A DNA stretch of 64,000 nt from Cyanophora paradoxa CCMP329 (taxonomy: Eukaryota; Plantae; Glaucophyta): positions 62,001 to 126,000 of the forward strand of contig QPMI01000507.1 in assembly GCA_004431415.1 (NCBI GenBank). The letters run 5' to 3'. The stretch's first letter is position 1; the number at the start of each line of letters is the position of its first letter. Both the position numbers and the translations under genes were made by a program. Below the pieces are notes generated by a model. The model saw only the letters and a program-made list of their open reading frames with translations, was not told the DNA's origin and made no database searches. This document shows, in pieces, positions 41,962-55,301 of the stretch.

Positions 41962-44900
41962 CTAGTGGATGTGGAGCTTCTTGCGGCGGTAGTAGAAGTA
42001 GGAGGCGACGAGGGCGGCGAGAATTGCTGCCATCGTGACGCCCAGGATGAGGAGCGCCGTCGCTGCCTCCAGCGGCGCCCCGTACACCTCGATCGCGAAC
42101 TCCGCCGTCAGGTCGCAGTAGCTGTACGTCGGCTCGATGATGCGCGCCTTCATCAGCAGCACGCCGTCCCGCGCGCTGGGCTGGAGGCCGGCGTCAGCGA
42201 GCGGGGGGCGCGCGGGAGCAAGGCGGGGGGCGGCGCACGGCAATGAGCAGGGTGTTGAAGCCCGTCGAGTTCATGATCTCATACGAGCGCTCTGCCGGCG
42301 GCGCGGGAGGCCGCCGATCAGCCTCGCATCAGGCGGCGCCGGCCCCTTCTCCGCGCGGTGGAGGGCCGGCGGGGGCCGGCGGGCGGGGCGGGGCGCACGG
42401 AGCGGGGCGCCCTTGGGGTCGGAGACGAAGCAGGACTGGTGGTTGTAGGGGGTGCGCAGCTCGTCCAGGGACTGGCCGGGCTTGCGGGCGGCGAGCAGGT
42501 CGGCCCACTGCTGCGAGCCCCGCAGGCAGCCGGCGTCCCCGTCCGTCGCGTTGTACTGATGCTCCAGCCGCCCCGTCGTCTGCGGCGGAGGAGGCGTCGG
42601 AGGGGGCAGGCGACGAGCAAGCGGAGCGGCGAGGGGCGACGCGGGCGCGCCTCCCAGACGATGAAGTCGCTGTTGACGGAGCCGGTGAGGGCGCCGTTGT
42701 CATAGCGGAGGAAGCCCGGGAGGAAGCCCGCAGTCCCGTGGTACACCCGGAAGGGGCACCCCAGCCGCGTGAAGTTGTAGTACCCCCGCAGCGACGGGGA
42801 GAGCTGCGGGCCGGTGAGGCGCTGCGGGGCGAGGGAGGCGAGGAGAGGAGAGGGGCAGTGCGGACCTGAATCTCCTTGCCGTGCTCGCCGGCGGGGGGCG
42901 CGTAGGCGGGGCACTGGCTCGGGTCCGTCACCTGCGGCCCTCCGTGAGCCGCGCGGGGCCCGAGGGCGGCACCGGCGCCCCCGCGGCGATCCCCCAGGGC
43001 GGCGCGCCTTGTTGAGGACGCGGATGGAGCGGCCCGGGGGGCACCCGATGCGTACGCGCGCCGAGGAGAGCCAGTCCTCGCACCTGCGCGCCCGCTCGCC
43101 CCGTCGGCTGCCGCCGGCGCCGGCGGGGCGGGGCGGGGCGGGGCGGGGCGCACGCGAGGGAGGCGGAGGCGGGGAAGAGGCGGGCGTCCGCGGGGCCCGT
43201 CGCCAGCAGCTGGCGCTCGCCGTACGCTGCGCGGGCCCCCGCTCGTTGGACGAAAGCGGGGGGCGGGGGCGGGGGCGGGGGCGGGGGCGGGCGGACAGGC
43301 GTAGCGGGAGACGTTGGCCTCGAAAAGTGTGGCGAGGGCCGTCGCCCGCGAGATCTCCCCCACCGGCTCCTCCACCAGCTGCGCCCCCGCCGCCCTCGGC
43401 CCCAGCCCGCGCCCCGCGCGCGGCCCCTTGGCATCGGCAGCGCACCTGCACGCTGAGGTCCAGGCGGCTGTTGTCCGACACCGCGAACCCGATCGCGTTG
43501 CTGCTCCCCCGCCGTCAGGCGGGCGGGCGGGGCGGGGGGCCCTGGGGAGGAGGAGGTGGGGGCCGCGCCTGCCGCCGGGGCGCGGGGTGAGCTGGAGGGC
43601 GGCGGTGAAGTTCTCGCCCATGTCGAGGTAGAAGATGGTGGCGTCGGCGTGCGCCACGGCGTCCATGTACCCGCACCGCGCCTCCGGGTTCACCGCCTCC
43701 GGCGCCCGCGGCGAGCCCCGCTCGTTCCCGTGCGGCACCGCCCGCAGCGCCACCTGCCCCCGCCCCGCTCGGCTCGGCGACGTGGGCGGGGGCGGGCGGG
43801 ACGGCGCGGGGCGCGGACCGCGGCGGGGCCGGCGGCGGCGCTGTGGGAGAGGATCCAGAGGCCACCCGAGCCGTCGAAGCGCAGCGCGCGGTACCCTGCC
43901 GACGCGGGGCCCCGCTCAAGGGGAGCGGGAGGAGGGCTGGGGGCCGCGCGGCCGCACCGGGGGCGGCGGCCTCGCCCGAGGCGAGCTCCATGGCGTCGGA
44001 GAGGCCCAGGGCGCCCAGGTACAGCCGCCCCGTGCTGCGCGGCTGCGTTCGAGGGGGATGGCGGCGGGGGAGGGCGGCGGGCTGCTCGCCTCGTGAGGGC
44101 GGCCCACCAGTGGCCGGCGCCGGTGGCGACGGCCTCGAGGACCTCGTCGGGGGCGAGCTCGGCGGCGGGGTCGGCGCGGGAGGGGAGGGCCACGCGGTAG
44201 GCGCTCGCCCCGCCGTCCGCCGAGTAGTAGAGCGCGTCGCCGTACACCAGCAGCTCCGAGGTCCCGTCCCGCGCGCTCACGACCCCCGGCCGCGCCGCCG
44301 CCTTGGCCGCGAGGCGGGCCGCCCCCTCGAAGCGGTGCCCGGCCGTCCACGCCGTGCCCCGCACGGCGTCCAGCCAGAACAGCTGCTCGGCGTCGGGGTA
44401 CCGGAGCAGCGCGGTGAAGCGGGGCAGGCCGACGGGCCGCACGAGGGCGGGGACGGAGGAGGGCGCCGGCGAGGAGGGGAAGGCCGGCAGGGCGGAGAAG
44501 GAGCGGCCCGAGTCCGAGGAGAAGTGAGGCGCGCCGGCGCCAGAGGAGGGCCACGCGAGGACGGCCGTGGAGAGGGGCGGGCGCAGGCCCTCGGGCGTCC
44601 GCAGCACGTCGCAGGTCTGCGCCGTCGCCGCCTCCACGCGGTCCACCCCCGCCGAGGCCGGCAGCACCTGCGACCAGGGCGCGGCGCCCTTGTCCGAGCG
44701 GAGGAGGCCGGCGGGCCCCGCGGCGAGCGCCCCGCCGTCGGTCACGAGGGCGTCGGTGACGGAGCCGCCGGCGTCGGAGGCGGGGAGGGCGACGGCGGCG
44801 GCGCGCAGGAAGGCGGACTGGGTGAGGAGGGCGGCGGGGCGGACGCCGGGGCCGCCGGCCTCGTCAAAGAGGGCGAGGGCGACGTTCGGGGCGCACGGGT

Positions 44901-45965
44901 CCGCCTTCACCCGCATCCGCGCCGGCCCAGGCGACCCCGCCGCCGGGGAGCCGCCCGCCGCAGGGAAGGCCGCGGGGCTCGCCGCCCGCACGTAGATCTC
45001 GTACCCCGTCGGGCCCGCGTAGCAGTTCATAGCCGAGACGCGCGCGCCGCTCACCTGCGCCCGGCGGCCGGCTCGGCGGGGGGGCGGGGGCGGCGCGAGG
45101 GGGGTGCGCGGGGCGCACGGTGAGAGCAAAGAGGCCGGCGGAGGAGCCCGAATAAAGCGCGCCCTCCCAGTAACTCCCGGAGGGCACCCACGTGAAGTTC
45201 CGCGCCACCTGCAGCTGCGCGGGGCTCGCTGCCGGGCGCGGCGGGGCGGGCGGGGCTGCGGGCGGCGCGCACGGTGGCGGTGGAGTCGGCCCACACGATG
45301 CGGGGAAATTCGCCGAGGGTCGCGAGCTCCGACGTGAGGCGCGCGCTCATCGGCGACGGGAGGAATGCAGCCGCGGCGCGCTCGTCGGCGCTCGCGGCGC
45401 CGCTGCTGCCGTAGTAGTCGAAGATCCACGCGCGGATCGCGTACGTCCCGTTGTCGGGCGGCAGCTCGAAGGTGGAGTCGGCTGCGGCGGAGGAGCCGGC
45501 GAGAGAGGGCGCGGTGACGAAGTACCAGTCGTAGCATGCTGGCTGCGTCACGAGCGTGATGTAGAAGGCGTCCGGCGTGCCCGAGACGCCGTTCGGCGCC
45601 ACCGTGAAGCGCTTGGGGCCCGCCGTCGAGCAGGTGAAGCCCGAGCACGGGTTGTCGCACAGGCCTCCCGAGCAGGAGCACGCCGCGGCGCACCCGCACT
45701 CAGATGGACACGTCAGCTGCATCCGGCTGGCCGAGTACGAGCTATTGAGGGGCGGACTGAGCATCTCGATTGTGATGGGCGACGTGCGGGCGAAAGTCGT
45801 GGGGTCCAGCTCGCCCGAGCTGTACCGCCATCGGAACCGTCCAAAACCGCCTTCCGATTGTGCCAGCGCGTGTAGCGCACTCGCCGCGCAGAGCGCCCAG
45901 ATCAGCAAGGCGGCGGCCGGTCCGCGACGGCGCATCGCCGTGCGTGGAGCCCCCGCGCCCGCCAT
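41962..45965 (-). CDS. CATSPERE: CatSper channel auxiliary subunit epsilon-like (CatSper delta/epsilon family) single-pass membrane protein
   Basis: Signal peptide, then WRYS...FTCSTAG...ACYDWYF...IRAWIFD...PSPMSARLTSELATLGEFPRI. C-terminal RIGCPPG; LGCPFRVY; SDFIVWETTGR...YNAT..DAGCLRGSQQW...NHQSCF; YEIMNST; ARIIEPTYSYCDLTAEFAIEVYG followed by a TM helix. Motifs are collinear with CatSper-epsilon as I recall it. Confidence 0.85.
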
Positions 45966-46112
45966 CGCCCCGCCCCGGCAGATAGGCTTGCCAGGGAGGG
46001 TCACCGGGCTGCCGTGGCGAGCGTTTCCTAATTTCCACAAAAGCCTATTGCCTGTACCCCAGGCGAGAAGCTCGAGAAGCCCGAGCAGCCTCAGCGTAGA
46101 GCCGCCGCTGCG

Positions 46113-46871
46113 ATGGTAGCCAAGGTGCGGTGTTTGCGGGGCTAGGAGTGCGGTCCGGTCACACCTTGGCCCCGCTGCGCCGGTCGGCCGCGCTCGCACC
46201 GCGCCGGGTCGCTAGCAACCGCATCGCGCCGCTCTCGCCTCGGCACACAACGGCCGCCCCGCACGCCTTCCGCCGCACGAGCTGAGACGCTCTGGTCGCA
46301 GATCATAGCTCAGCTCCTCATCGCCGGTGCGCCAGTCATACTCAGGGCAACAATCACGGTGCGCCGCTCTCTGCTGCAGCGCGGGTCGGCGCGGCGACAG
46401 CCCGCGTGGCCGTTCGGCGCCCACCGACAGCGCCGCAGGCGTTCAGGACCATCAGACAAAGTTCATGGAAGAACGCCCAAGCATATTACGAAGCCCGTGA
46501 AGCCATGAGGGCGGCGGAAGCGGCCGAGAAGGAGGTGTCGCTGATGACGCCGGTTGAGGCGAAGCAGATTCTGAACCTGGAGAAGGCAACCAGCCAGCAG
46601 GAGATCCTCGAGCGCTACTCGAAGATCCTGCAGGCGAACGACCCGGCACGCGGTGGCTCGGAGTATGTCGTGCACAAGGTACGCACCCCGCCCGCCCTCC
46701 CTCGCCGCCGCTCCGCCGCCGCCGACGCCGCCGCCGCCGCCGCGCCGCGCCGCGCAGGCGACGATCGCGAAGGACGTGCTGGAATACACGCTGAAGCATG
46801 GCGAGCCAGAGCTTGGGGGCCAAGCCGCGGCCGCCGCCGGCAAGAGCGCCGGCGGCACGGGCCCCGCGTGA
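46113..46871 (+). CDS. PAM16: Mitochondrial import motor J-like protein Pam16/Tim16
   Basis: MVAKIIAQLLIAGAPVILRA; MTPVEAKQILNL; ILERYSKILQANDPARGGSEYVVHK (J-like domain without HPD). Confidence 0.85.
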
Positions 46872-47166
46872 CATGCCCCCCGCCGTCGCCCCGGCCTTCC
46901 GCACATCCTCTCGACCTCCCCCCGCCCCTCGCTACCCCTTTCCATTCGTGCTCCCGCCCCCCGCCCCCCCCCGCCCCCCGTCGCCCACCCCCGATTCTCT
47001 CCCGCTTTCCTGCCCCGTTCCACCTTGTCGCCCCAGCCCTCTCCGCTCCGCACAATACTTTGCTTCCGCTCCGCACGATACTCGGCCTGTCGATCCTATG
47101 CGCAATGCGTATTCCACGCGACGTGGAGAGGGCGCGGCGGGCGGCGGCGGCGGCGTGGGCGTGGGC

Positions 47167-49721
47167 CTACGCGGGGGGCAGGAGCTTGTAGGGGTTGAGG
47201 ATGCCGTTGGGGTCCATGGTGCGCTTCAGGGACTGCATGAGCGCGACGGCCTCCTTGCTCTTGCTGTACCCGATGTGGCTCGCCTTCATCACCCCGAGCC
47301 CGTGCTCCGCCGAGATCGACCCCCGCCTCGACGCTGCGCCCGGTGGGGTGGGCGGATCAGAGGGGCCCGGGAGCGACCCTCTCGGGCTCGGGCGGCTGCC
47401 GCGCACCGGTCCACTCGTAGACGAAGGGCTCGATGAGCTCCAGGACCTCCTTCTCGAACTTGGGGGTCCACATGTTGAGGTGCAGGTTGCCGTCCCCGAG
47501 GTGCCCGAAGGAGACGACGTTGGCCTTGGAGCCGAGCCGCTTCTTCATGTCCTCCACCATCGGCCACATCTCCCGCACCGGCAGCGAGATGTCGTACTTG
47601 TAGACGGCCCCCGACTTGGAGAGCGACTCGGAGATGCCCTCGCGCAGCTTCCAGAAGGCCTTGACCTGCGCGGGCGCTGCAGCGCGGGGCGCGGGGGGCG
47701 GAGGGGGGCGGCAGGGGACCTGGGTGAGGTCCTGGGCGACGTTGCCGTCGACGACGAGGCCGGCCTCCATCGCCCGCTCCAGGAACGCCGAGAGCTTCTC
47801 CTCGTCGTGCCCCCCGTTCGAGCCCGACACCTGCCGCCCCGCTCAGGCGGGCCCAGGGCCGGCGCCGGGGGGCCCCGCGCGCCTCGATGAGGAGGTAGAA
47901 CGGCTGCGGGCTGGGCAGCGGGTCCCGCGTCCCGTCCAGGTGCTTCAGCACCAGCTCCATCGAGGGCCGGTCCAGGTACTCGATCGCTGCCGCTCAATCA
48001 GCAAGGGGAGGAGGGAGGGGGCGGGGCTCGAGTGGGGGTACCCGAGACGATCTCGCCGAGCTCCTTGCGGGCCGCGATGAACGCGTCGCAGACCTGCGGA
48101 GGGCGTGCCTCGTGAGTGAGCGAACAAAGGGTCAAGCGGGGAGGACGAGTTCGGTGCGGCGCCGGCCGGCGTGGAGGACTCGCCTTGTCGAAGGACTCGC
48201 AGGCGAGGAAGGCGACCTGGCGGGAGGAGGCCGGTCAAGGCGCGCGGGGTGGCGGAGGGGGCGCCGGGGCGGGTGCTGCGGCGGGGCTCGAGCGGGGGCG
48301 GGGGCGGGGGCGCCCCGCACCTGGGTCGAGGCCGGCTTGCGGGGGGTGACGATGGAGACGGCGGTGATGACGCCGAGCACGCCCTCCGACCCGATGAACA
48401 GGTGGTTCAGGTGGATCCCCGTGTTGTCCTGCCGGGGGCCGCCCCGCTCGGCCCGCCGAGGCGCGCGAAGGCGGGTACGGGGAAGCGGACCTTGCGGAGG
48501 GTGCTGAGGTTGTCGACGATGGTCCCGTCCGCCATCACGACCTGCGAGGGGGGAGGGGTCGGTGGCCGGGGCGGGGGCGGGGGGGTCGGCGCTGGCGGGG
48601 GAGGGGGCCCCCACCTGGAGGCCGAGGACGGTGCCGTGGAGGGAGCCGTAGCGCACGAGGCGCAGCCCGCCGGCGTTCGTCGCCACGTTGCCCCCGATCT
48701 GGCAGCTGCCCCCGCCCCGCCCGCTCGGGGGGCGGCCGGGGCGGGATGGGGGCGGGGTGGAGGCGCGCCTGCCCTTGGCGCCCAGGTCGAGGGGCATCAT
48801 GAAGCCGCGCTCGTGGAGGTAGTTGTCCACGACCTCGAGCACGCAGCCCGCCTCGCACGTCAGGATCCCCGACGTCTCGTCGAACGCCAGGATCTGCTCC
48901 ACGAGTCAGCGTCGGGGGAGGCTTTCGCCGCCTCCGCGGGGGCGCGGGCCTTGTTCATCGCGTTGGTGGTGAGCACGATCTCGTCGTATACGGGCACCGA
49001 GCCGCCCACGAGGCCCGTGTTGCCGCCCTGGGGCACCACCGCCAGCCTGCCGCCCCGCCGCCCCGCGCGTGGGCGCCAGCCCCCGCAGGCGCGGCGGGGC
49101 GGAGCGGGGCGCCCCGGGCAGCGCGCACTTGCGTTTGTTGCAGTAGGCGAGGATGGTGGAGACCTCCTGGGTCGTCTTGGGGCGCAGGACGAGGCGCGAG
49201 CTGCCCTTGTACTTCTTCATCCAGTCCGTATTGAAGCCCTCGAGCTCGTGCTCGTCCTGGATGACGCAGCCCGGCGAGAGGTTCTTCTTGAAGTACTCGA
49301 TGTCCTCCGCGGTGAGCTGCGCGCCGCGCGCGAGGCCCGCCGGTCGATCGCGTGCGTCCGGGGCGGCGGGGAGGATTCGCGGACGCGAGCGGCAGCTATC
49401 CGCAGCTATCGTAAGCTAGAAGGCGGCGGCTCACCTTGGCGAACTTCGCGTCGCGGGGGCGGTTGTACTTGACAGGAAAATCTGTGGCTGCGGCCGCGCT
49501 CTGGGAGACCACCGGCGTCGCGGCGTAGTGGCGAGCATGCTGGCGAACGAGGGACGCCTGGTGACGACGCGCGCGAGTCAGCCCCGATGGCGTGAAAACA
49601 CACGCTGGCGCACCGGCTCGACGACCGCGCGGGAGGCGGCCGGAGCCGCACGAGCCGCGCGCAGGCCCCGGGCGCCCGGGCGGGCGCCCAGGAGCGACTT
49701 CAGGATCGTCGAGCCGAGCAT
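47167..49721 (-). CDS. D2HGDH: D-2-hydroxyglutarate dehydrogenase (FAD-linked oxidase), mitochondrial
   Basis: [10 protein letters not shown]; [20 protein letters not shown]; [22 protein letters not shown]; [12 protein letters not shown]; [11 protein letters not shown]; SISAEHGLG; [10 protein letters not shown]. Confidence 0.95.
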
Positions 49722-49856
49722 CGTTATGTGAGCGTACCCGGGTGCCACCTCTAGGCTCTAGCTCTAGGCGCTATCAGGCTCCCGTGATGAGTTCCTGCGT
49801 AGTTGGCCAGCGCTAGCGCTCTGGCGACGGAAGCTGGTTGGCGCCCAACAGTAGCC

Positions 49857-50367
49857 ATGGTGCCGGCGCTGTCGGACGAGTCCCAGGCCAAAATCGCGCG
49901 CCTCCTCGACAGGGTGCGCATGCCCGAGCGCCCCAGTGAGCGCACGTCGAGCTTATAGTGCGCGCGCGCATGCGCAGCTCGGGGGCGACTGCAAAAAGAT
50001 CGCAGTGCGTTCACTGCCGTGCGCGCGCTGCACCTTTGCCCTGACGCCCGTCCGTGCGCAGGGACGCCTCCTGCTGTCCGCGTGCACGGGCGGCGCGTCC
50101 GAGCTGGCCTTCCCTGTGGAGCTCAGCCTCGCGCAGCGGGCGCGGCTGGCGAAGGAGGTCTGGGGTCTCGCGCGGGACCGGCAGCTGCTGAGCGACCTGC
50201 TGGCGGCCCTCTACGGGTCCCTCTCGTCGCCCGAGGCGCGCGCGGCGGAGGCGCGGGCCCTGGCCGCCGTGTCCGAGGCGGGGCGCGCGGCGGCGGCCAA
50301 GCTGGGGTCCACGCTCTCCCGAGCGGGGTCCAGCTCCGGCGCGAGGCGGCACTTCGACGGCATCTGA
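49857..50367 (+). CDS. Small hypothetical helical protein (two exons, about 120 aa)
   Basis: ATG at 49857 (MVPALSDESQAKIARLLDR), a GT-AG intron at about 49914-50061, then a GC3-rich second exon ending RRHFDGI*. No family recognised. Confidence 0.55.
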
Positions 50368-50874
50368 AGAAGGTTCATGTCTGACGGAACGGCCGAACGC
50401 GAAGCTCCACCCTCCTCCGCGGATCCCGCGCCACCCCTAGGCCGTCCACCACTGTACCCGCTCGCTCCGCCGAGTCTTCCCACCACGCCGTGGCCCCTCT
50501 CACCTCTGCCGCCTTTCGACGCCACTCGCGCCCAGCCCACTGGGCCAGCCAGCCGCCCCCCAGCGCGCACGTGCACTGCGGCTGCGCAGCGCCCGGCGGC
50601 CGCAGTTTCCCTTCCACTTTCCGGATCCCCCGGGCCCCCGGCCCCGCGAGCCTCCCTAGCCTCAGATTTTCGGGTTTCAATTGCAAGTCAAGATTTGTAG
50701 GTCGGTGATTGAAAAGTCGATGTCAACGTTATTCAAGGAATGATGTACTTCCGAAGTTCATTAAAGATTATATAATTAGCGATACCAGAATTCAGTGATT
50801 TTCAGTTTCAACGCCGCGGCCGGGATTGCGATTGCGATTGCAAATCAAATTTGAAGCTTGCATAAAGCGGGGGC

Positions 50875-53800
50875 CTACATCTCGAAGCCGGCGGCGGAGG
50901 AGAGTAGCTTGCGGGCAGCGCGGGTGCGGCGGCGGGCGTCGGGGGACGGCGCCGGCTCCCCCCGGAGCACCTCCCGGTCGATGAAGTAGAGCAGGCCGTC
51001 CCGCAGCGGGAAGAGGTCTGCGGGGCGGGGCGGGGCGGGGCGGTCAGGCGGCGGGCGGCGGGCGGGGGATCGCGGGGGCGGGGCGGGCCTTTGACGTTGC
51101 AGATGCGCTCGAAGGGGGCCACCACCGCCTCGTCCGCCGGCGGCTGCGCGCCGTCCTCAGAGAAAGGGAGGAGGCGGGGGCCGGGGGGCGGGCCTGGGCG
51201 GGGGCGCCGTCGACGGCGTCGGTGGCGGCGCAGGAGAGGATGTCGAGGAGGACGCGGCGCACGAAGCGCGCCACGCCCGGCCCGCACGTCTCCAGCTCCA
51301 CGATCTTCAGCACCGACATCGAGAGCGCGAAGGTCGCCACCAGGTACGCCAGCAGCCGCGCCGCGTTGTCGCAGACGCGCGGCGCGGGGCCGGCCGCCCC
51401 GCCCTCGTCCGCCTCCTTGAGGCGCTTGAGGAAGTCCCAGTAGGTGAGCTGCAGCGTGAACTTGTGCGCGTGGTCGAAGGCGCACAGGCGCCCCGCCAGC
51501 AGCGCGTAGAACGGGTTGAACGCCGCCTCCTGTCATGAAGAGTTTAGGGGGGGCGGGAAGGGGGCAGGGGGAGGGGTACGGGGGCGGACGCGGGAGCAGC
51601 AGTCGAAGAGGACGCGGATGGCCTCGCGGGCCTGCTCGCCCTTGAGCCCCAGCTTCGTCACCTTCTCGAACGCGTCCATGTAGTCCTGTACCCCGGGGTG
51701 AGACGCGGGGTACGGGATCGGGGAAGAGGGGGAGGACGGTGCCTCGCTGGTCATCATGGCGACGAAGATGGACTTCCGTACCCCCGTGTTCATCCGCTGT
51801 GGGGGCCTCAGGGGAAGGAGCTTTTGGGGAACAACGCGCAGGGGGCGGGCGGACCTGGGCGCGGGCGAGCTTCAGAATGTCGTTCTCTTCCTCCCGGGCG
51901 CCCCTGCGGTCCGCTTGAGACGGGGAGGTGGGGAAGTACGTCTTGGGGGCACAGCGCACGAGGGCCCCGCGGCGGAATCGTCGCGGTTGGGCCCCTCCCG
52001 CCCGTGCCACGCCGACCCGACCAGCCACCAGCGCCCTGCGGGGCGGCCCCGCTCGAGCGGGGGTACGGGAAAGAGGAGCGAGGGGGGTACCGGCGGCCTC
52101 GGCGTTGAGCAGGTCCTTCCAGGGGATGTTCAGGCGGGGGTCGCCCTTTCCGGTGTCTGGAGAGGGGGCCGGGAGTAAGAGGAAAAACAGAGACGAGGAG
52201 GGGTACAGGTGCTCGCCCTTGCGGAGCTTCTTGAGGACACCGCGCAGGACGGGGCTGCGGCGCGCGTCAGGCAGGGAGGGGTACGGAGACGGGGCGGGGC
52301 GGGGCGGGCCTGGTGAGGGAGTCGGGGTCGCCGAGGGCGCCGCCGGCGCGGCGCTTGTTGTTCTTCAGCTCGTACACCGTCTCCAGCATGAACTGCAGGC
52401 GCTTCCCCAGCGGCTTCCCCGCCTCCCCCGCCGCCCGCCCCTGCCCCCGCCTCCTCAGAAACGGGGCCTCTGGACGGAAGAGGGGCGGGAGGGGGGCGCC
52501 TGCATGGCGACGATGGCGTCCTTGAGGGCCCCCGGGTCTTCGTGCCTCAGCTGCACCCCGCAGTCTGCGCGCCCCTCAGAGGAGGCGGGGAGGGGGCGGG
52601 GCGGGGCGGGGCGCGGACTGCGGAGGGCGAGGAGGAGGAGGTCGACGGCGCGCTCGCAGAAGCGGGCGAGGAGGCCCCGCAGCACGTCGTACATCACCCC
52701 GCTGTGCACCACCTGCCGCCCCGCCCCGCTCAGAGGCAAGGCCGAGGGAGGAGCGCGGGCGGCGCGGGTGCGGGCGCCTGGTAGTTGTAGAGCATGACGA
52801 GGAGGAGGAGGAGGTTGGCGGCGCGCTTCTCGGCGGTCTCGTCGCCCTCGCCGAGCCCGGCGCCCTCGACGACGGCCCCGGCCTCCAGCGCCTCCTCCAG
52901 CTCCCGCGCCACCCGCTCCAGGAAGTACGCCCCTGAGAGGGCGCGTAAACAGAAAGGCACTTGGGAGGAGGAGGGGGAGGGGGAGGGGGTACGACGCGCA
53001 CCGACCTCGTGGCCGACGGAGGAGTGGAGGGCGGCGACGAGGGCGGCCTGGTGGATGGCGCGGGGGTCAGGGGGAGCACGAAGCAGGCTGGACCTCGAGG
53101 GTGGGGGCACCTGGAGGCCGAGGAACTGGCGGGAGAGGACGAGCTTGCCGTCCGTGCAGCTCCCCACCACCGCCTCCCCCAGCGCCCCGTTCATCACTGC
53201 CCGCCCCCGCTTGAGGCGCCCGGGGCGGGGAAGGAAGGAGGCGGGGGGACGGACTGTTGCGGGGGTACGAGCCGTAGAGCTTCGCGATCTCCGCGGCGAC
53301 GGATTCCATGGTCTGCGGGCGGGCGGGCGAGCGGGCCTCAGGAAAAGCGGGGCGCAAGCAAATCCAAGGAAAGCAAGGGAAGGCGCCTGTTCGGAGACGC
53401 GGTTGACGAGGCCGCGCACGTGCCTCCGGATACGCTCCGTCCGCTCGTCCACCGCGCCCTCGCGCCCCCGCAGCGCCGGCGGCACGTACTTGCCCCCTGC
53501 CGAGCGGGGGTCGCCCGGGCCGGGAGAGGAGCTACGGAAGGGAGGGCTGTCCGCACCGGCTGTGGCGGAGGCGGCCCCGCGGCGCGGCGCGGCCTCTCCC
53601 CCGCTGCCGCCCTCGCCGCCGCTGCTTTCGCCGCCTTCCCCGTCCTCGCCGCTGCTGCCCGCGCCCTCCTCCGCATCCCCCTCCTCCTCGCCCTCGCCGT
53701 CATCTTCCGAGCCTCCCGCCCCGTCCTCGCCCATCGCCTCGTCGTCCCCCGTCCCCTCGCCGTCTTCCTCCGAGCCCATGTCTTCGCCCTCCTCCTCCTC

Positions 53801-54852
53801 GTCCTCGTCCTCGTCGCCCAGGCCGAGGTCGCTCCCGATCTCCCCGCCGCTCCCCTCGCTCCCCGCATCGCCCCCCTCCTCCTCCCCCTCCTCCTCGTCC
53901 TCGCCGGCGGGCCCGTCGAGCCCCTCGTCGGCGGCCGTGATGCCCCGCAGCAGCCCTGCGCCCCGCGCGCCCTCAGAGCGAGTCCCACGCCGGAAGACAG
54001 GGGCGGAGCGGACCGCCGAGCTCGTCGCCGAGGACCTTGGGCTCCTTCTTCTTGCTCTTCTTGATGCCCAGCTTCTTCGCCAGGGTCCGCATGATCCGCA
54101 GGTCCGGGTCGTCGTCCATGCTCCCTGCGCGCATGAGGTCGAAGCTGAGCTCAACGTGGGCCGCGGGACAAGGCGGGCGGGGCGGCTCGGGGCACCGAGG
54201 GCGCCCCCGCCCGAGGGCAGGAGGTTCTGCTCCCGCAGCAGGTCCATGAACCGCGAGTTCGGCACCTCCTGCGGGCCCTGTCCGGCCGCCTTCTTCGCCT
54301 TCGCCGCCGCCGCGCCCTTCTTAGGCGGTGGCTCGCGATCGGACTCGCTCCCGCTCTCCGCCGCCGCCCTCTTCCGCTTGGCGCCGGCGCCCCCGGCGCC
54401 CGGAGCGGCCGCCGGCTCCTCCTCCGGCTCGTGCTTGCGGCTCTGCGCAGACACGCATCAGAGCTAGCGCTTCCGAGGAGCCGCACGCGTCGCAGCGGGG
54501 CGCGCCTTCCGTGCCGCGTAGTCCTGCTTCCGCTGCTTCTTGTCCGCCCGCTTCTGAGCGCGCAGCTCCTTCCTCGTCTTGCCACGGCGCTTCTTCACCA
54601 ACGAGTAGTGTCCGTCGTCCTCCGGCACGTGTCCTGCGCCACTGGCCGCGTCGCGCGGCGGCCCGGCCGCTCGCTCGCGATCGGATACGTACCGTCCGAG
54701 GGGTCCTCCATCTCCCTCGTCAGGGCCATCGGCATGCGAGTGGTGGTGTCCTTGTGCCTGCCGAAGCTGGAGCCGCCCCGCCCGCGTCCGCGGCCCCTGA
54801 AGCCGCCGCGCCCGCCACCACGCCCGCCGCCGCCGCGCCCGCGAAAGCCCAT
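50875..54852 (-). CDS. NOM1: Nucleolar MIF4G/MA3 domain protein (NOM1/Sgd1)
   Basis: RGG-rich N-terminus and acidic tract; GKYVPPALR; VRGLVNRVSE; GVQLRHEDPGALKD; FMLETVYELKNNK; GRWWLVG; MNTGVRKSIFVAMMTSEDYMDAFEK; FNPFYALLA. Confidence 0.92.
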
Positions 54853-55301
54853 CTTCGTGCCTTTCAGCCGCAGCTAAGCTTCCTTGCACTTTTCAGCGCT
54901 CCGATCGCCCCCTAGCTTGTTCCTCGCCGCTGCGCTTTGGTTCCCGCTGCGAGGCAGTACCCCATCAAATTCGCTCAACCGGCCTTACCGGGCTAGCGCG
55001 CATGGATGTGGGCGCACAATCGTCTCAAGACGTCCAAACCGTGTCAGCAAAGGTGCGCGCGCCGAGCCAGCCGCCCGCGTGGGTGCTCGCCCCTCGCCGG
55101 CCGACCGCTGTCCGGCTGGCCGCATACGCGCGCGCCATTCCTTAGTTAATCGTCCTAGCTGCACCGTGACGAAACTCTAAGCACCCTGTTCGGGCACGCA
55201 GGTTGCCGGGCTCGAGCGGCCCACCCGCGCAGAACAGGTTCTTGAAGACATGGGCGGCGAATGCAGCGGCGATCGCTCTGAAGTGATCAGGCATCGTGAG
55301 G

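Noticed and set aside
46125-46301. Long first PAM16 intron as an H/ACA snoRNA
   Set aside because: GC-rich hairpins are possible, but I found no convincing H box, correctly placed ACA or target.
50700-50870. AT-rich island as foreign DNA or ncRNA
   Set aside because: It lies between convergent gene ends and fits 3'UTR/termination sequence; no RNA motifs recognised.
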